64,000 nucleotides of DNA from Octopus vulgaris (GCA_951406725.2 OX597835.1:35836001-35900000); one strand, 5' to 3'. Counted from the stretch's first letter, positions 13,975 through 28,805 are shown. Numbers and translations: made by a program. The notes: a model not told the origin generated them from the letters alone.

Positions 13975-13978
<4 letters not shown>
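12685..13978 (-). mobile_element. 5'-truncated Penelope-like element with inverted pseudo-LTRs
   Basis: Arms ~12685-13018 and ~13652-13978 are reverse complements flanking a GIY-YIG frame; (TA)n on both sides. Confidence 0.88.
12900..13640 (-). CDS. PLE C-terminal linker + GIY-YIG endonuclease (open frame, 5'-truncated)
   Basis: LPYISTYDPR..KSYKQPKSLKKIL..CGRSDCATC..FTCASENIIYVIKCSGCHQDYVGSTGLSLRRRCTLH..RLNKETFFIEKYKPRLN. Confidence 0.85.
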   Translation of the reverse strand, partial: NNTPSPKILPYISTYDPRNKEAFTIITQNLPILHKDPKLKEILSIHQIIKSYKQPKSLKKILTKAKLSSEIMDAKVKKCGRSDCATCPNLLEGSEFLFKEGQNFKIKSNFTCASENIIYVIKCSGCHQDYVGSTGLSLRRRCTLHRQQIAFPEYRMIPFSEHIEKCAKQLLPQFLIFPFYQCAFGSSTQIRLNKETFFIEKYKPRLNHPNILIQRNSHQGKGKKFKRLSPLHRKKSLTTFPYLELS

Positions 13979-14024
<46 letters not shown>

Positions 14025-14059
14025 TGTGTATATATATATATGTATATATATATATATAC

Positions 14060-14094
<35 letters not shown>

Positions 14095-14222
14095 CGCACA
14101 TATATATGTATACGTATATATATATCTGTACATAAATAGCCATATATATGTATATGCGTCTATGTATTTTTGGTGTATGAATACACATACGCACGGCACG
14201 CACATCAAATACACATACATAC

Positions 14223-14277
<55 letters not shown>

Positions 14278-14438
14278 TGTATATGCATGTATGTATAATA
14301 GTTAATAACGACATTGTTACTGATACGTTTTCAGCAAATTATATGAAATAAGCGGTCGCAGTATCAATCTCTCTATGTATGCATGTAAATATATACATGT
14401 ATATATGCATGAATTTAATTCCCATCGACATCCAGAAT

Positions 14439-14653
<215 letters not shown>

Positions 14654-14772
14654 TATATAGTGTGTAGATAGAAAGATAACTGACAAACATACACATATAA
14701 ATATTCGTATGTATATAGTGTATATATATGCATAAGTACGTGTACATACGCATACATATACTTTCCCTCACA

Positions 14773-14812
<40 letters not shown>

Positions 14813-14923
14813 ACACATACACGCACACCCATAGATATCTGTGCCTATCGATATACAAACTATATTATATATGTGGTGAATTTTTTTTACCCTTAATCCA
14901 ATTTTTATTACCATCATCCTCCC

Positions 14924-15056
<133 letters not shown>

Positions 15057-16708
15057 CACTATCATAATCATCATTATTATTGTTCCAATTATTGTTAGTA
15101 CGGTGATGATTGTATATGCATATATGTGTGCGTGTGTACATGTGTGTATGTATGTATGCATGTATGTATGTATGTATGCATGTATGTATGTATGTATGTA
15201 TGTACCTGTGACTTTGTATATATATACATATATATATAAACACACATATATATATGTATATGTATATGCATGTTTGTATGTATGCATGTATGTATGTATG
15301 TATTTATGTATGTATGTATATGTGTGTGTAGATTTCTATGTATTCGTTCACGTTGTTTATAGTTGTTGCTGTTGTTGTTTACCTGCGAGTTTATTGTGTG
15401 TTTACTACATTATGATATATGATTTTGTTCTACACAGACTTTGTGTGAATGCTACATGGATTTCTATGAGAACCAATTATTTTTATTCAATTATATTCCC
15501 TAATTGAAATATTGGGAAAGGCAGCAGGACGTGGCGGCATAACTAATTACAAATTTGTCTAGAGGGGATACACACATACATACATACATATATTTATATA
15601 CATACATACATACATATATTTATATACATACATACATACATACATAAATACATACATGTATACGTAATACATATATACATACATAAATACATATATACAT
15701 GCATAAATACATATATACATACATATATACATAATACATACATACCTACATGCATACATACATACATACATACATAAATACATATATACATATATATATG
15801 CATATATACATACATAAATACATATATAAATACATATATACATATATGCATTCGACATACGTACATACATAAATGCATACATATATGCATACAACATACA
15901 TACGTACATACATACGTACATACATACATATATGCATACATACACATATGCATACATATATACATACATACATACATAAATACATATATACATATATGTA
16001 TACAACATATATATATATATACATACATAAATGCATACATACATGCATACAACACACAAACATAAATGCATGCATATATGCACACATACATGCATAAATA
16101 CATGCACACATACATAGGTATACGTATATATACATGTATATGTATATATACACATACGTACGTACATTATACACACATACGTACATACATATATGCATAC
16201 ATACATACATACATGCATACATATATACATATCTTTGTGTAAGCGTGTATGTATGTTTGTATGCGTATACATATACATATTTTAGAGTGTGCCCGATATG
16301 TTGGCACCAGATTCTACATTAGCGTGTGTGCATGTGCGTCCGTGTGTGTGTGTGTGCGTGTGTAAATGCGTATGAATGCACAACATGTATAAATATGCAT
16401 ATGTGGTCGTATGTGTATATATATTTATGTATGAGTGAGAGTGTGTGAATGCGTGTGTGTTTGTTCAAGGCATAAATGCACGCTGATATATCTACAGTGT
16501 ATATATATGCATGACTGTGAGTATACATATACATGTGTATATATAACCTATGGTATATATTTTATATTTTATATATGCATTTATAAATGCATATGTATGA
16601 AATATATACGTGTATATATATATATATACACATACACACATGCACATATATTTTCATATGAATACGTATATGCATATTACGTATGCATGTAAGCATGTAT
16701 ATATATCC

Positions 16709-16786
<78 letters not shown>

Positions 16787-16798
16787 ATGTAAAGAGAT

Positions 16799-16850
<52 letters not shown>

Positions 16851-17102
16851 GGGGAAATTGAGAAGTGGGGTGAGGTATGCCACCTTCTTTACTGCCGGTG
16901 GCAGCACGACTAATGCTGAGAAACAAAGAGACAACTAACTGAGAAAGATAATATTGATCAGTCTAATCAGGTAAGTTCGAAACCCGGCTCTTCTTGTACG
17001 GACGCTTTCTTACGTGAATTAACATGAAGGCAAGTGAACGAACACTTTTTCAATTGGCTTCGAATTTCACTACGCCTAGCACCATTATGGTTATATCTTC
17101 AA

Positions 17103-17495
17103 CTAGCAGCATCGCCCGGCGTTGCTCGGGTTTGTAAGGGAAATAACTATATAAGCATTTTTAGAGATGTAAAGTATAATAGCCATCTCAATATGGCTAA
17201 CCACAAAGGGGGGTGTTACTGTAGCTTTTTACGTTCTGAGATTTAATAATGAATTTTTAGAGAGTTACTTCCCTTATATATGCCAAAAATGCATTAAAAA
17301 TGGGGAAAATTGATAGTAATTTTTTTTTAATCGTAGACTCATCGTAGACGCGCGCTAATACCCAGAAGGGCTCCATATGAATCACGACTATAAGATACCC
17401 GGTTTTGGTTAAACTGCACCGCAAAATGTGGGAGTATTTAGGAATCTAAATCGTAGGAGACAGACAGCACACAACCTCTCTTTTATATATAAAGA
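17103..17495 (-). mobile_element. Non-autonomous Helitron-like element
   Basis: Minus strand begins TC after an A and ends with hairpin cccgagc aac gccggg then CTAG followed by T; same termini as 62191-62587. Confidence 0.7.
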
Positions 17496-17842
17496 TTATG
17501 GCAACTCATAATCCCAGTGGTTTAAGATTTCACGATTACAAAATACCTAACATGGTTATGCTGAAGTACACAGTTTGGGACAATGAAATATTCGGAGATG
17601 ATGGTGTAAGTATAACCTCAAATTGCAGGTAGGTTGCTAGGACTGCGTACCACAGGCAGAAGGCAAGCTTAGTTTGAAGAAGATCATCGTGTGTCAATGC
17701 ATGGTGTGACAAGGACATGAAGCTTGACATTGCCAGCAACGGAAGAATTCAGGCCGAACGTGGAAGGAAGACCAAATACGCTTAATAGCTAGGTTGGATT
17801 AGTCTATATATGCATGTGTGTATACCCTGTGAGCGTGTGTGT

Positions 17843-17879
<37 letters not shown>

Positions 17880-18104
17880 TGTATGGTTGCAGATTGTACA
17901 GTTGCCGAGTGGTATCCACGAGATTGAAAAAGACTATTTGGAAGGTATTCACAACGATGGAGAGACAATTCTCTCAAGCAATTTTTGGTCAAGATGAAAA
18001 AGAATAGCACAATCAAGGCGGAATCCGAAGCGCATTTTGACCAGCGATGTATAACAGCATGCACACACATACACACATACATATATATATTTATAGATAG
18101 ATAA

Positions 18105-18188
<84 letters not shown>

Positions 18189-18195
18189 GTAGATA

Positions 18196-18605
18196 GGCGT
18201 AGGAATGTTTGTCTGGTAAGTAGCTTGCTTACCAACCACATGGTTCCGGGTTCAGCGCCACTACGTGGCACCTTGGGCAAGTGTCTTCTACTATAGTCAC
18301 AGGCCGACCAAAGCCCTGTGAGTGGATTTGGTAGACGGAAACTGAAAGAAGCCCGTCGTATATATGTATATGTATATATGTATGTGTGTGTATATGTGTG
18401 TGCGTCTGTGTTTGTCCCCCCAACATCTCTTGACAACCGATGCTGGTGTGTTTACGTCCCTGTAACTTAGCGGTTCGGCAAAAAGAGACCGATAAAATCA
18501 GTACTAGGCTTACAAAGAATTAGTCCTGGGGTCGATTTGCTTGAATAAAGGCGGTGCTCCAGCATGGCCACAGTCAAATGACTGAAACAAGTAAAAGAGT
18601 AAAAA
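18196..18605 (+). mobile_element. tRNA-derived SINE family A, full-length
   Basis: Head, internal microsatellite and aaacaagtaaaagagtaaaa tail; matches the other copies. Confidence 0.85.
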
Positions 18606-19769
18606 GGGAGATAGATAGATATGCTACGTTTTCCAAATCCATGATTGCATTTTTAAATATTTCTTTTGTTTGGTATCATCAAAGTAGTGCTTAAAACTTG
18701 AGGAAAAGGAATACATGCAATCGTTTCAGCACAGCGCTGTGCTGTAAATATTAAACTCTATCAGTAAAGATTATCAGTTTCAGCTCTGACTTAGTTGTTC
18801 TCTTAAGTTAATTCTGGTCTGTCTCGTAGCAAGAAATTTAAGAACCAAATAATCATTTCATTGTTTTTTTTGTTGTTTTTTTTCTTGTTTCGCTTCCATC
18901 TTCATAAGAATCTCATTATTATGACTCCTGCTAATATGACATTCACATAACGACGGTGAGTTCTCTACAAGGCAAAATAATGGCAGCTGGATTCTGTCAG
19001 CTGTCACCCGTGGTGGCATCGCAACTATAAATACGTGTGTTTGTGTGTTCGTCCATTTTTCTTTTGACATTGTTATGACTTTTAAAAATAACAATATTCC
19101 AACCAAAAGCATTCCACTTGTGTTCAACAAATTTCGCGCGTTTGCGTAAATGTTTTTTGAAAATATATTAACTCTGGGTGGAGTTCGTATCAATATAATT
19201 TCATTCAATTTACATCACCAATAGACGGATATTTTCTGTCATTTGATAGCAATTACGTAAATAATTATTGTATACATTACTTTAAGGAATATCTACTTTA
19301 GAATTTCGATTTCTTTTTAAGCTACGTCTAATACAATAGTGTTTTTCATTTTGCTTCTGTTGTTTCTTCGCCTCTTCTCCGATATCGTCGTCATATCCAG
19401 CAATTTTTTATAGTTATTGTCTGCACGTTTAATAGAAATTAAGAAAAAATATCGCTATGATCTAGAATAAAATGTTCCATCAATGAATGTGATCAGAATA
19501 ATACTAACCTGTTAATTGCGGCATTAATGCTGGAGTTGGCAATCATTGCAAATTCAAAGAATACTCTCTGACGCCAATCATGCGTCTATTGATTCTAAAG
19601 GTGTTCTACAGACGCATGTATGTATACGTTTGTGAATGTATGTATGTTTTCTTTCCATTTAATTATTTTAATTCTACCAATATAGAACAAGCTGGTTTTT
19701 AACAAAGAAACGAAGTTCAATCGTTGGAATTTATTTAACAACAACGGTAGAGAAGTATCGTTTTTCGTC

Positions 19770-20320
19770 TTTCATTTGATTCAGTCATTTAGACTGCGGC
19801 CATGCTGGGGTATCGCCTTCAAGAAATTTAGTCGAACAAATCGACATCAGTAATATATCTTTAAGCTTGGCACTTCCGTCGTTCTCTTTTGCCGAAACGC
19901 TAATTTACGGGTTGTCAAGTGGTGTGGTGGGGGACAAACACAGACACAAAGACACATACATACACACGCACGCATATAGATACGACGGGCTTCTTTCAGT
20001 ATCCGTCTACTAAGTCTATTCAAAAGGCTTTGGTTGACCCGAAGCTATAGTATTGGACATTTGTTCAAGGTGTCACGCAGTGGGACTGAATACGGAAACA
20101 TATATATACGTGTGTATGTGTGTGTGTGTGTGTGCATGCGTGTGTGTGTCTAAGTGTGTGTCTGAGTATATATATGACGGGTTTCTTCTAGTTTCCATCT
20201 ACCAAATCACTGACAAGGTTTTGGTCAATTTGGGGCTCTAGCAGAAGACACTTGTCGAAGGTACCATACCCAAATGTTTGGGAAATGAATCCCCTACCAC
20301 GCAGCCATGTCTGCGCCTCT
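19770..20320 (-). mobile_element. Two degenerate SINE family A copies
   Basis: Reverse-complement similarity to 18196-18605 (gactgcggccatgctgg, ttctttcagt.tccgtctac, cacgcagtgggactgaa). Confidence 0.65.
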
Positions 20321-20480
20321 TAGAAAATCTATAAGGAATTTGATCCCATGATATTAAACCCAGACATTGCTATACATTTGGCTGAAATTCTTAATATTTA
20401 CGAAGGACGTAAATTGCCTTCGCAGAAGAGGTAAGGAAAATAAGAAAAGAACCAAGTCCTGACATCGATACGAAGGAAAT

Positions 20481-20571
20481 AAACATGGAACGCTTCATGA
20501 CTTTGCCTGTCGTCCTTCTGCGGAGCCTATGTTAATAATTTGTTTATCATTCCAGCTCTAGTACATGCACT
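20481..20571 (-). pseudogene. U6: U6 snRNA pseudogene (5'-truncated, diverged)
   Basis: Minus strand AGTGCATGTACTAGAGCTGGAATGATAAACAAATTATTAACATAGGCTCCGCAGAAGGACGACAGGCAAAGTCATGAAGCGTTCCATGTTT is colinear with U6 from ~nt 15 to the 3' end; ACAGAGA box mutated. Confidence 0.8.
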
Positions 20572-20689
20572 AAAATGTTGAATATTATTATTGTTTAACT
20601 TCTGAATTATATTTACAAAGTACGTTTTCGCAGTTCTAATATAAAGGAGTTCTAATAAAAGTAGAAGGTTTTCAGAGAATAACCTCCCC

Positions 20690-20880
20690 ACACTTGGACA
20701 TGTCTGGGCTTACTACCTCCTCCAGGGACTTGATGTAGATCTCCGTGTTGAGTGTGAGCCCGTGTGCGAAGACGAATAGAGGCATAACATCGCCATCATT
20801 AGTGATAAATCGAAAGACCATGATGTTGACTGGATGTTTGATTTTTATCACTTTCGGTACATGTCCTCAGATTGCACTCT
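20690..20880 (-). pseudogene. Tc1/mariner-superfamily transposase DDE-region fragment
   Basis: Minus strand translates KIKHPVNIMVFRFITNDGDVMPLFVFAHGLTLNTEIYIKSLEEVV. Confidence 0.7.
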
Positions 20881-21638
20881 TCTCAGATTGGCACCTAAAT
20901 ACACTCCGCATCTTCTGCTCATTTATAGTAAAGCTTGCATTTCTTTAGCAGCCTTCATGTGACATCATCGAGTTTTCTGTATCCTTCACCGGTCACCATA
21001 TACGTTTGACCAGTGTTTACATAGCCCTTGAAATTTGAGAGTAAGTTATCAAATATTTCCTTGAGTTTTCTTACAGCAAAGACTTTGTAGCAATAAAGAA
21101 CAAAACTGAGAAGCATTTCCTCAGTTGACGAGAGACTTGAGATTATTTTGCTCAATCTCATAAATAAGATCTTACGATTTGAGTCACTATGAAACCGGGA
21201 CCTGGTAGAGAGGAGTAAACGCTGCATTTTTCATAAAGCGCTATATATCATTGACGGATGATCCCTTTTAAAAGCGCCAATATAGACACTGTGCATCCTA
21301 TAGGTTCTACAAAAAGCGAAACGTTCTCACAATGCACATAATGTGGGGAAGTTGTTGAACCGATGTTACTGGTATTTAAATGTAATCAAAACAGGTTGTC
21401 ACGGGTGAGACACGGAAAGACTTGCATGCACGCACACACATGTTGCATCTAGGATAGACTTCCGTTTAAGAAATGGTTCTATAGTAAAAAAAAACTTATG
21501 CACAAGATGCCACGCAATAGGAGTGAACCTGAAACTACGGGTGTCTGTGGACGTGTCCCATAGCAACTGGTTTTAGGTTTGTTTACGCTCCAGCAACTTA
21601 AGTGTATATATGTATGTACCTCCCTATATATGTGTCTG

Positions 21639-21697
<59 letters not shown>

Positions 21698-21719
21698 TTT
21701 ATATTATGTTATATATGTA

Positions 21720-21777
<58 letters not shown>

Positions 21778-22259
21778 ACACGCATATCTGTGGACATATT
21801 TATGTATTAAAATGTGCTCGTGTCCATTCAATAATCCTGTTCCCTTTGAATGCAACCGAATTAAGTATATTTTGCCCTACAAAGTGCGACAGACAAAAGG
21901 ACATCTCACACCAAATGGCGCTTTAGGTTGAAATACACCTTAATAGACTCTCACTATTCGCTATATACTGATTAAAGACAGCCGTATGTCTCTCAAACAC
22001 AAAACTCAGAGACTCCTACGAATTCTCCCTATCCAATTCTCTATTTTCAATCTCTCCTCTGTACACACACACACATACATTCTGTGTGTGTGTGTGTGAG
22101 TGTATCATATGTGTGCAGGGATGTGAATGTGCGTCTATATGTATATACTTGTATCGTTATATATGCATAAATATACGCGTCATCGGCAAAAATAACTAGG
22201 TGTATTCGTACAATATAAATTTTTCTCTAGTGATATACTTATATATATATATACATACG

Positions 22260-22344
<85 letters not shown>

Positions 22345-22564
22345 CTATAATTTCGTTATTTTTAACAACCTCAACAACAACAGCAGTAACACCACCACCA
22401 ACAACAACAAAAGAAAATTGAATATCTTTGGAAAGAAATACGATTATTGTATTAAAAAAAGAAAAGTTAAAATTAAAATTAACACAAAAAATATTTTTCA
22501 TTTACTATCATTATCTTTCTACTTCTGTTGATGTATATATATATACACACACATGTGTTCATAT

Positions 22565-22619
<55 letters not shown>

Positions 22620-22900
22620 ATGAATTAATATAATACCATATACTCCATACATATATACCTACTTACATACTTACATATATACACATTTATTCATGCGTAT
22701 ATTAACGTATATACAAACATACACAAAGATATTTGCGCACATTTTTTTCTGCAAGAGAATGTAAAAGAAAGAGAGAGATAGAGAGAAAGAAAAAAAATTC
22801 ATACTCAACCATAATTTCAAATAGCAGATCAAAATATTCTGGAATAATCGAAATTAAAAATAATATTTACAACGACATTATCCGCCATCGTCAACAACAA

Positions 22901-22932
<32 letters not shown>

Positions 22933-23159
22933 TCAGCAGCAGCAGCAGCAGCAACAACAACAATTGGAATGTTGTCTCATTGTTAAGGAGTATGACAACG
23001 TAAAATGCACAATAAAGACGCGATCACACGTCACGCTGTTTATTTTCTCAGCGCTGTAACAACCAACACATGCGACCCTTGCTTTGTGCCTCATTAGGCG
23101 CGATTCAAAAAGTGCCACGGACCCTTGTTCTTCTTTCATGTTATTGTGGTTGAATGTCG

Positions 23160-23515
23160 ATGAAGATGACGATTGCGATAATGTTGCTGCTGCTGATGAT
23201 GATGATGGTGATGACGAAGTGTTGATGGCGGTACTGTTCCTCAAATGATGTTGGAGAGGAGGAGAATGACGAGGATGGTGAGAGTGAGGAAGACGGAGAC
23301 GATGATGATGATGATGATTAAAATGATGACGTGGATGAAGAGGATGATGAAGTTGACGCCGATGATGATGATGATGATGATGATAAGGACGAAGGAGATG
23401 GGGGAGAACAACGACACGAGAACGATATCGACGATGGCACGAAAAAATTCCGACGACGACGGCAACGACGGCGATGATGATGATGGTGACGATGGTGACG
23501 ACGACGATGATGATA

Positions 23516-23568
<53 letters not shown>

Positions 23569-23990
23569 GACGACGACGATGACGACGACGATGATGAAGA
23601 TGATGGTGATGATGATGACGATGATGATCATGATCATGATGGTGATGATAATGGTGATGATGATGATGATGATTTTGATGATGATGATGATGAGGATGAT
23701 GATGATGGTGATGATGTTGATGATGATTTTGATGATGATGATGATGAGGATGATGATGATGGTGATGATCATGATGATGTTGATGATGATGAGCATGATG
23801 ATGGTGGTGATGACGATGATTATGATGATGAAAATGATGATCATCGTCACGATGACTAAGACTACGACGACGACAACGACAGCGACGATGATGATGACGA
23901 TGATAACTGATGATGACAGTGATAATCATAATGATGTTGTTGGTGACGACGAATAGGATGATGACAACGGCGAATTTTGTGATGACGAAA
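23160..23990. repeat. Long imperfect (GAT/GAC)n trinucleotide repeat
   Basis: Directly visible. Confidence 0.95.
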
Positions 23991-24342
23991 ACGACGATGC
24001 GTTCTCAATCTTGTTTTCTTTTTGAATTTACTTGCATTTACTGTAATACACGTGGGGCGTTGGGGTCTTTGATGTAAGGTTTTTCGGGCTGAAGAAACGT
24101 GAGGCTTTTAATTTAAGATTTTATTTCATGAGCCGGAGGTAGTGGTGGAGGTGATGGGGGAGGTGGCGCCATTTTGTCACCTGTTATTGTTACAGATATT
24201 TTTATTATTGCGAACACATATACGGACAAACACATGCACACATTATATATATATATACACACACACGCACACACACACATATATATATATAATATATATA
24301 TATACATATACATGTGTATGCATATAAATGTACATATATATA

Positions 24343-24385
<43 letters not shown>

Positions 24386-24398
24386 TATATAATATATG

Positions 24399-24460
<62 letters not shown>

Positions 24461-24515
24461 ATGTATATATATATGTATATATATATATACATATATGTAT
24501 ATATATATATGTATG

Positions 24516-24549
<34 letters not shown>

Positions 24550-25549
24550 TGTATGTATGTATGTATGTATGTATGTATGTATATCTTCATATAATTATGG
24601 GCAGAACTATGTTCGTAGATAAATATGAATGCGTGTTTCAAAGTGAAAATTCTTCAAAATATTCTATTATGGTAAATATAAGAATTATTTTCAATACAAA
24701 TGATTAAACAAGATGATCAGTGAGAAAAAAAGGAAATCTATGCATACATACATACATATATGCATACATACATACACTTATACATATTCATATATTTATA
24801 TATGTCCATTATTCAATACATATGTTGATGATTTTTTGAACCAAAATAAGATAGAAAGCCAGCCATATACGCATTATTCTAGGAAAGTGTGTGGAGTTTA
24901 CGATCATATTAATATTTGCACGTTTTTATTTATGTGTATATACGAGCATCTATATATGTATATGTGTAAGTATGGATATATAATTTGGTACGCGGTAACT
25001 GTGTGTAAACTCGCGGCATACATGTCTCTGTGCGTGTCTATGTGTGTTAAAGTGTATGTATATGTGTGTGTGTGTGACTCTGTGTGGGTGCGCGCATGTG
25101 TGGCTGTGTGTGTGCTGGAAATAAAAAGATAAACACTAGAATATATATTTTGTTGCTACATACGTTTCGTCATTGCAGTTATTTGAAACTAAGCACTGGA
25201 CACTCCAGGTACATTTGGATGACTAACTGCAGCAAATCATCAAGATACACTTTATTGGGGTTTTCTTGGTCGCAGTCCAATGACTAAAATGAGTTCAAGG
25301 TATGAAATAAAATATGTGAGTATGTGTTAATGTTTTTTTTTATGTTCAGATACAATAAAAACAGTTTTACATAAATCTGATGGCTTCCTCTACAGTTTGT
25401 AGAGTGGTAATTTATAATTCTTAAGGAAGTATATTATTGACCGGGACTTCGAAGTTTCGACGACTTAAGCTATAATCCGACGATAACGTAACTGGCCAAA
25501 ATTTCGAAGTTACTGCCAACAGCATTCTTGTATAAGAGTAATAAATATG

Positions 25550-25770
25550 CGAGGGTGTGCTGAAGAGCTCCTGGTTTTAAGGGTGTCGCGAAAGGCCTAG
25601 TTGGAGGCCCAACCTTCCCAGTTCTTTTACAGGGACTTAGGAAAACTGAAGGGACCACTGCAATAAGTGTGTGAATCTGAGACGGTAATATACTGAATAG
25701 AAACATAATTAACTGATCCTTTTGTATTTTCTTTTTACCCAAAAGCAAGGAACTTTTCAGCACCCCCTCG
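25550..25770. mobile_element. Mariner-type MITE (~220 bp)
   Basis: TIRs cgagggtgtgctgaagagctcctggtttt / aaaagcaaggaacttttcagcaccccctcg, followed by TA. Confidence 0.8.
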
Positions 25771-25812
25771 TACGTACATAGATACACACATATACACACG
25801 CACACACACACG

Positions 25813-25850
<38 letters not shown>

Positions 25851-26429
25851 TATGTCTAAATATAAGTAAATATACGTATGCATGTATGTATAGGCATTCA
25901 AGCCTACCGTCTGTATTTACTAGATATTTATTCTTTACTTTGTCGGTATATTGTCATAGCTTTCCTCTCAATCATGACAACCCTAAAGATTTTCTCAAAG
26001 ACCTTTGCAATCCCTACTGAAAAAAAATTATCAAAGGTTGTTTGAAATCGCTGCATTGTGTCTGCACCTAAGTAAATATATCTTTTCTGGTCACTACAAG
26101 CCGTGATCACCGGAAACGGACTTGTCCATCACTTACTATAGAAGCGAAAGAAATCTGTGCCCTTTTCAGTCGTGTCTAGCCTTTGGGCAGTTGATCCCTA
26201 TTCGGAATAGTTGTGTAAGGATTTCACTTGGGATGCTGTCCATCGCAAATCGCTCTTAATTTCGTTATCCTGCTCAACAGAGAAGATGCTTGCCTTGTGT
26301 TTTGATGGCCAGCGTAGATAGTGAATTGTGTGATTGTTACGCTGCGTTTGTCTACATGAATGCGTATGCCTGCATGTTTGCATGATGGTGTTTCTGTGTG
26401 TGTGCATATTATATGCAGCTTTATTATAT

Positions 26430-26469
<40 letters not shown>

Positions 26470-27190
26470 ATAAGATCGTTAATTTAAAAATAGAATAACG
26501 ACTTTATCATGTGGTCAGCATGGAAAAAATAACCTTCCAAGGTAATAATTATTAAATTTATAAATTAGGGTATCTACGAGATACCACAATGCTGAAAACA
26601 GCAGTCATGATCTGACTCTAAAACCACCTAAATTGTCCATATATCAACACGGAGAGAAAACAAAGAGACAAGATGAAACTAGTAAAATATTACTGGATAA
26701 TTCTAGACCCCGCATTTCTGACTTTGCATTTAGGAATGCTTTTCCTCGGCAGTAGAATACACACAGTAGAATACACACATTTAGGGTATCTCGTAAATAC
26801 CCTAATTTATAATTTTATATATATATATATAATTCTTTTATTCTTTTATTCTATTACTTGTTTCAGTCATTTAACTGCGGACATGCTAAGGCACCATCGA
26901 GGAATTATTATTTGTAAGCCTAGCATTTATTCTAAGTGGCGGGACGAAAACACCAACATTTGTTTTCACACACAACGCACGCAAATACACGAAAACACAC
27001 ACACACACACATATATATATAATTGTACATATATACATGCATATGTACATACATACTCGCATACATACATACATCATACATACATATATATGTTCATCAA
27101 AAAATTAGATTCAGATGAATATGGTACTTCAGTTGAAGCACCAGAATTCAGTACGGTTTTATCCATGAAATTTCAAAATAAGGTGATTAG

Positions 27191-27613
27191 AATCAAAATA
27201 AGCAACAAATATATCCAGAGGTAATGCAGTACGATCGTTTCAGGCAACTCCATTTAATTGAACAATGAAAATATTACATCTATTTAAATGCAGAGCAATT
27301 TCAGCTGCAAAAGATATAGAATTTAATTGAATTAAAACGGATGGACACAGTATTATAATTTTGCCTAAAATCTCCAAGAGGTTAAGGAGATAGACAAAGA
27401 ACATTGTAGCCCTTCCTTCTACTTCGAAGCTACTAAGTTACCAGGAAGAAAGACTTCTTACAGATTTTGCTCGTCACTTTTATATGGGGTCAGTTCTAAT
27501 TTATAGATTAGTTTTATCAAATCCTTGTATACCTAAGGCTGGTTCAATTAAATGGAGTTGCGTGAAACGATCGTACTGCATTACCTCTGGATATCCTTGT
27601 TGCTTATTTTGAT
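27191..27613. mobile_element. PLE-like fragment with ~70-bp inverted repeat and a degenerate HHR-like motif
   Basis: 27191-27263 is the reverse complement of 27541-27613; minus strand 27225-27309 has TGCAG-CTGAAAT...GAAA-CGATCG-TA-CTGCA. Confidence 0.5.
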
Positions 27614-27644
27614 ACATACATACATACATACATACATACATACA

Positions 27645-27741
<97 letters not shown>

Positions 27742-27868
27742 TATATATGTTTAGGTTTGGCGATGTAAACAAAAGTTGAACTGAGTATATAAACATTTTT
27801 ATTAATATTTAGCAGAATCAACAGTGACTCACCGGCTGAGAGTTTCGTGCGTTACTACTTATCTTAGA

Positions 27869-27924
<56 letters not shown>

Positions 27925-28152
27925 ATCTCTTTCTATCTGTCTATCTATCTGTCTCTCTATCTATCTACCGACCTATCTACGTATCTACCTATCTACCTAA
28001 CTACTTCCTACCTTCATACCTCTCTCTCTGTCTATCTATCAATCTGTCTATCTATCTATCTGTCTATCTACCTACCTACCTATCTTCCAACCTACCTACC
28101 TATCTACCTACCAACCTACCTACTACCTACCTTCATACCTATCTCTCTCTCT

Positions 28153-28230
<78 letters not shown>

Positions 28231-28620
28231 CTCTCTCTTTGCATTTACATATTCTCTCAATGTCGGTGCGATCGCTTTCGTCTCTGTACTTGAATGTGTG
28301 TGCATTTGTAGTTACGTGTAAGTTTGTCATGGATACGATTATCATATCCTGCATCTGCATATGTATTTTTTTCATCACAGGCATCTATATGCATCACTTA
28401 GTGACACATGTACTGCGTGCAATATCGCACGCACGTACACAGCCATCCATTTAGCAATCAAACCACCATACACACACCCACATACGCCACATATATATAT
28501 ATGTATATATATATATGTATATATATATATACGCATATATACATATATATATATGTATATGTATATGCATGTATGTATATATCTATGTACATATCTATGT
28601 ACGTATGTACATGTATACAT

Positions 28621-28653
<33 letters not shown>

Positions 28654-28719
28654 TATATACATAAATACGCATAGTTATATACATGCATATATACATATGT
28701 ATATATATATATATATATG

Positions 28720-28770
<51 letters not shown>

Positions 28771-28805
28771 TATTATATATATATATGTATATATGTACGT
28801 GTATG

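Noticed and set aside
18858-19560. Complex-sequence region that might be a host exon or transposase relic
   Set aside because: Stops in the frames I examined and no motif I can recognise
23245-23956. Asp-rich / His-rich / Met-rich ORFs resembling biomineralisation or metal-binding proteins
   Set aside because: All frames come from one (GAT)n tract; no signal peptide or splice context supports an exon
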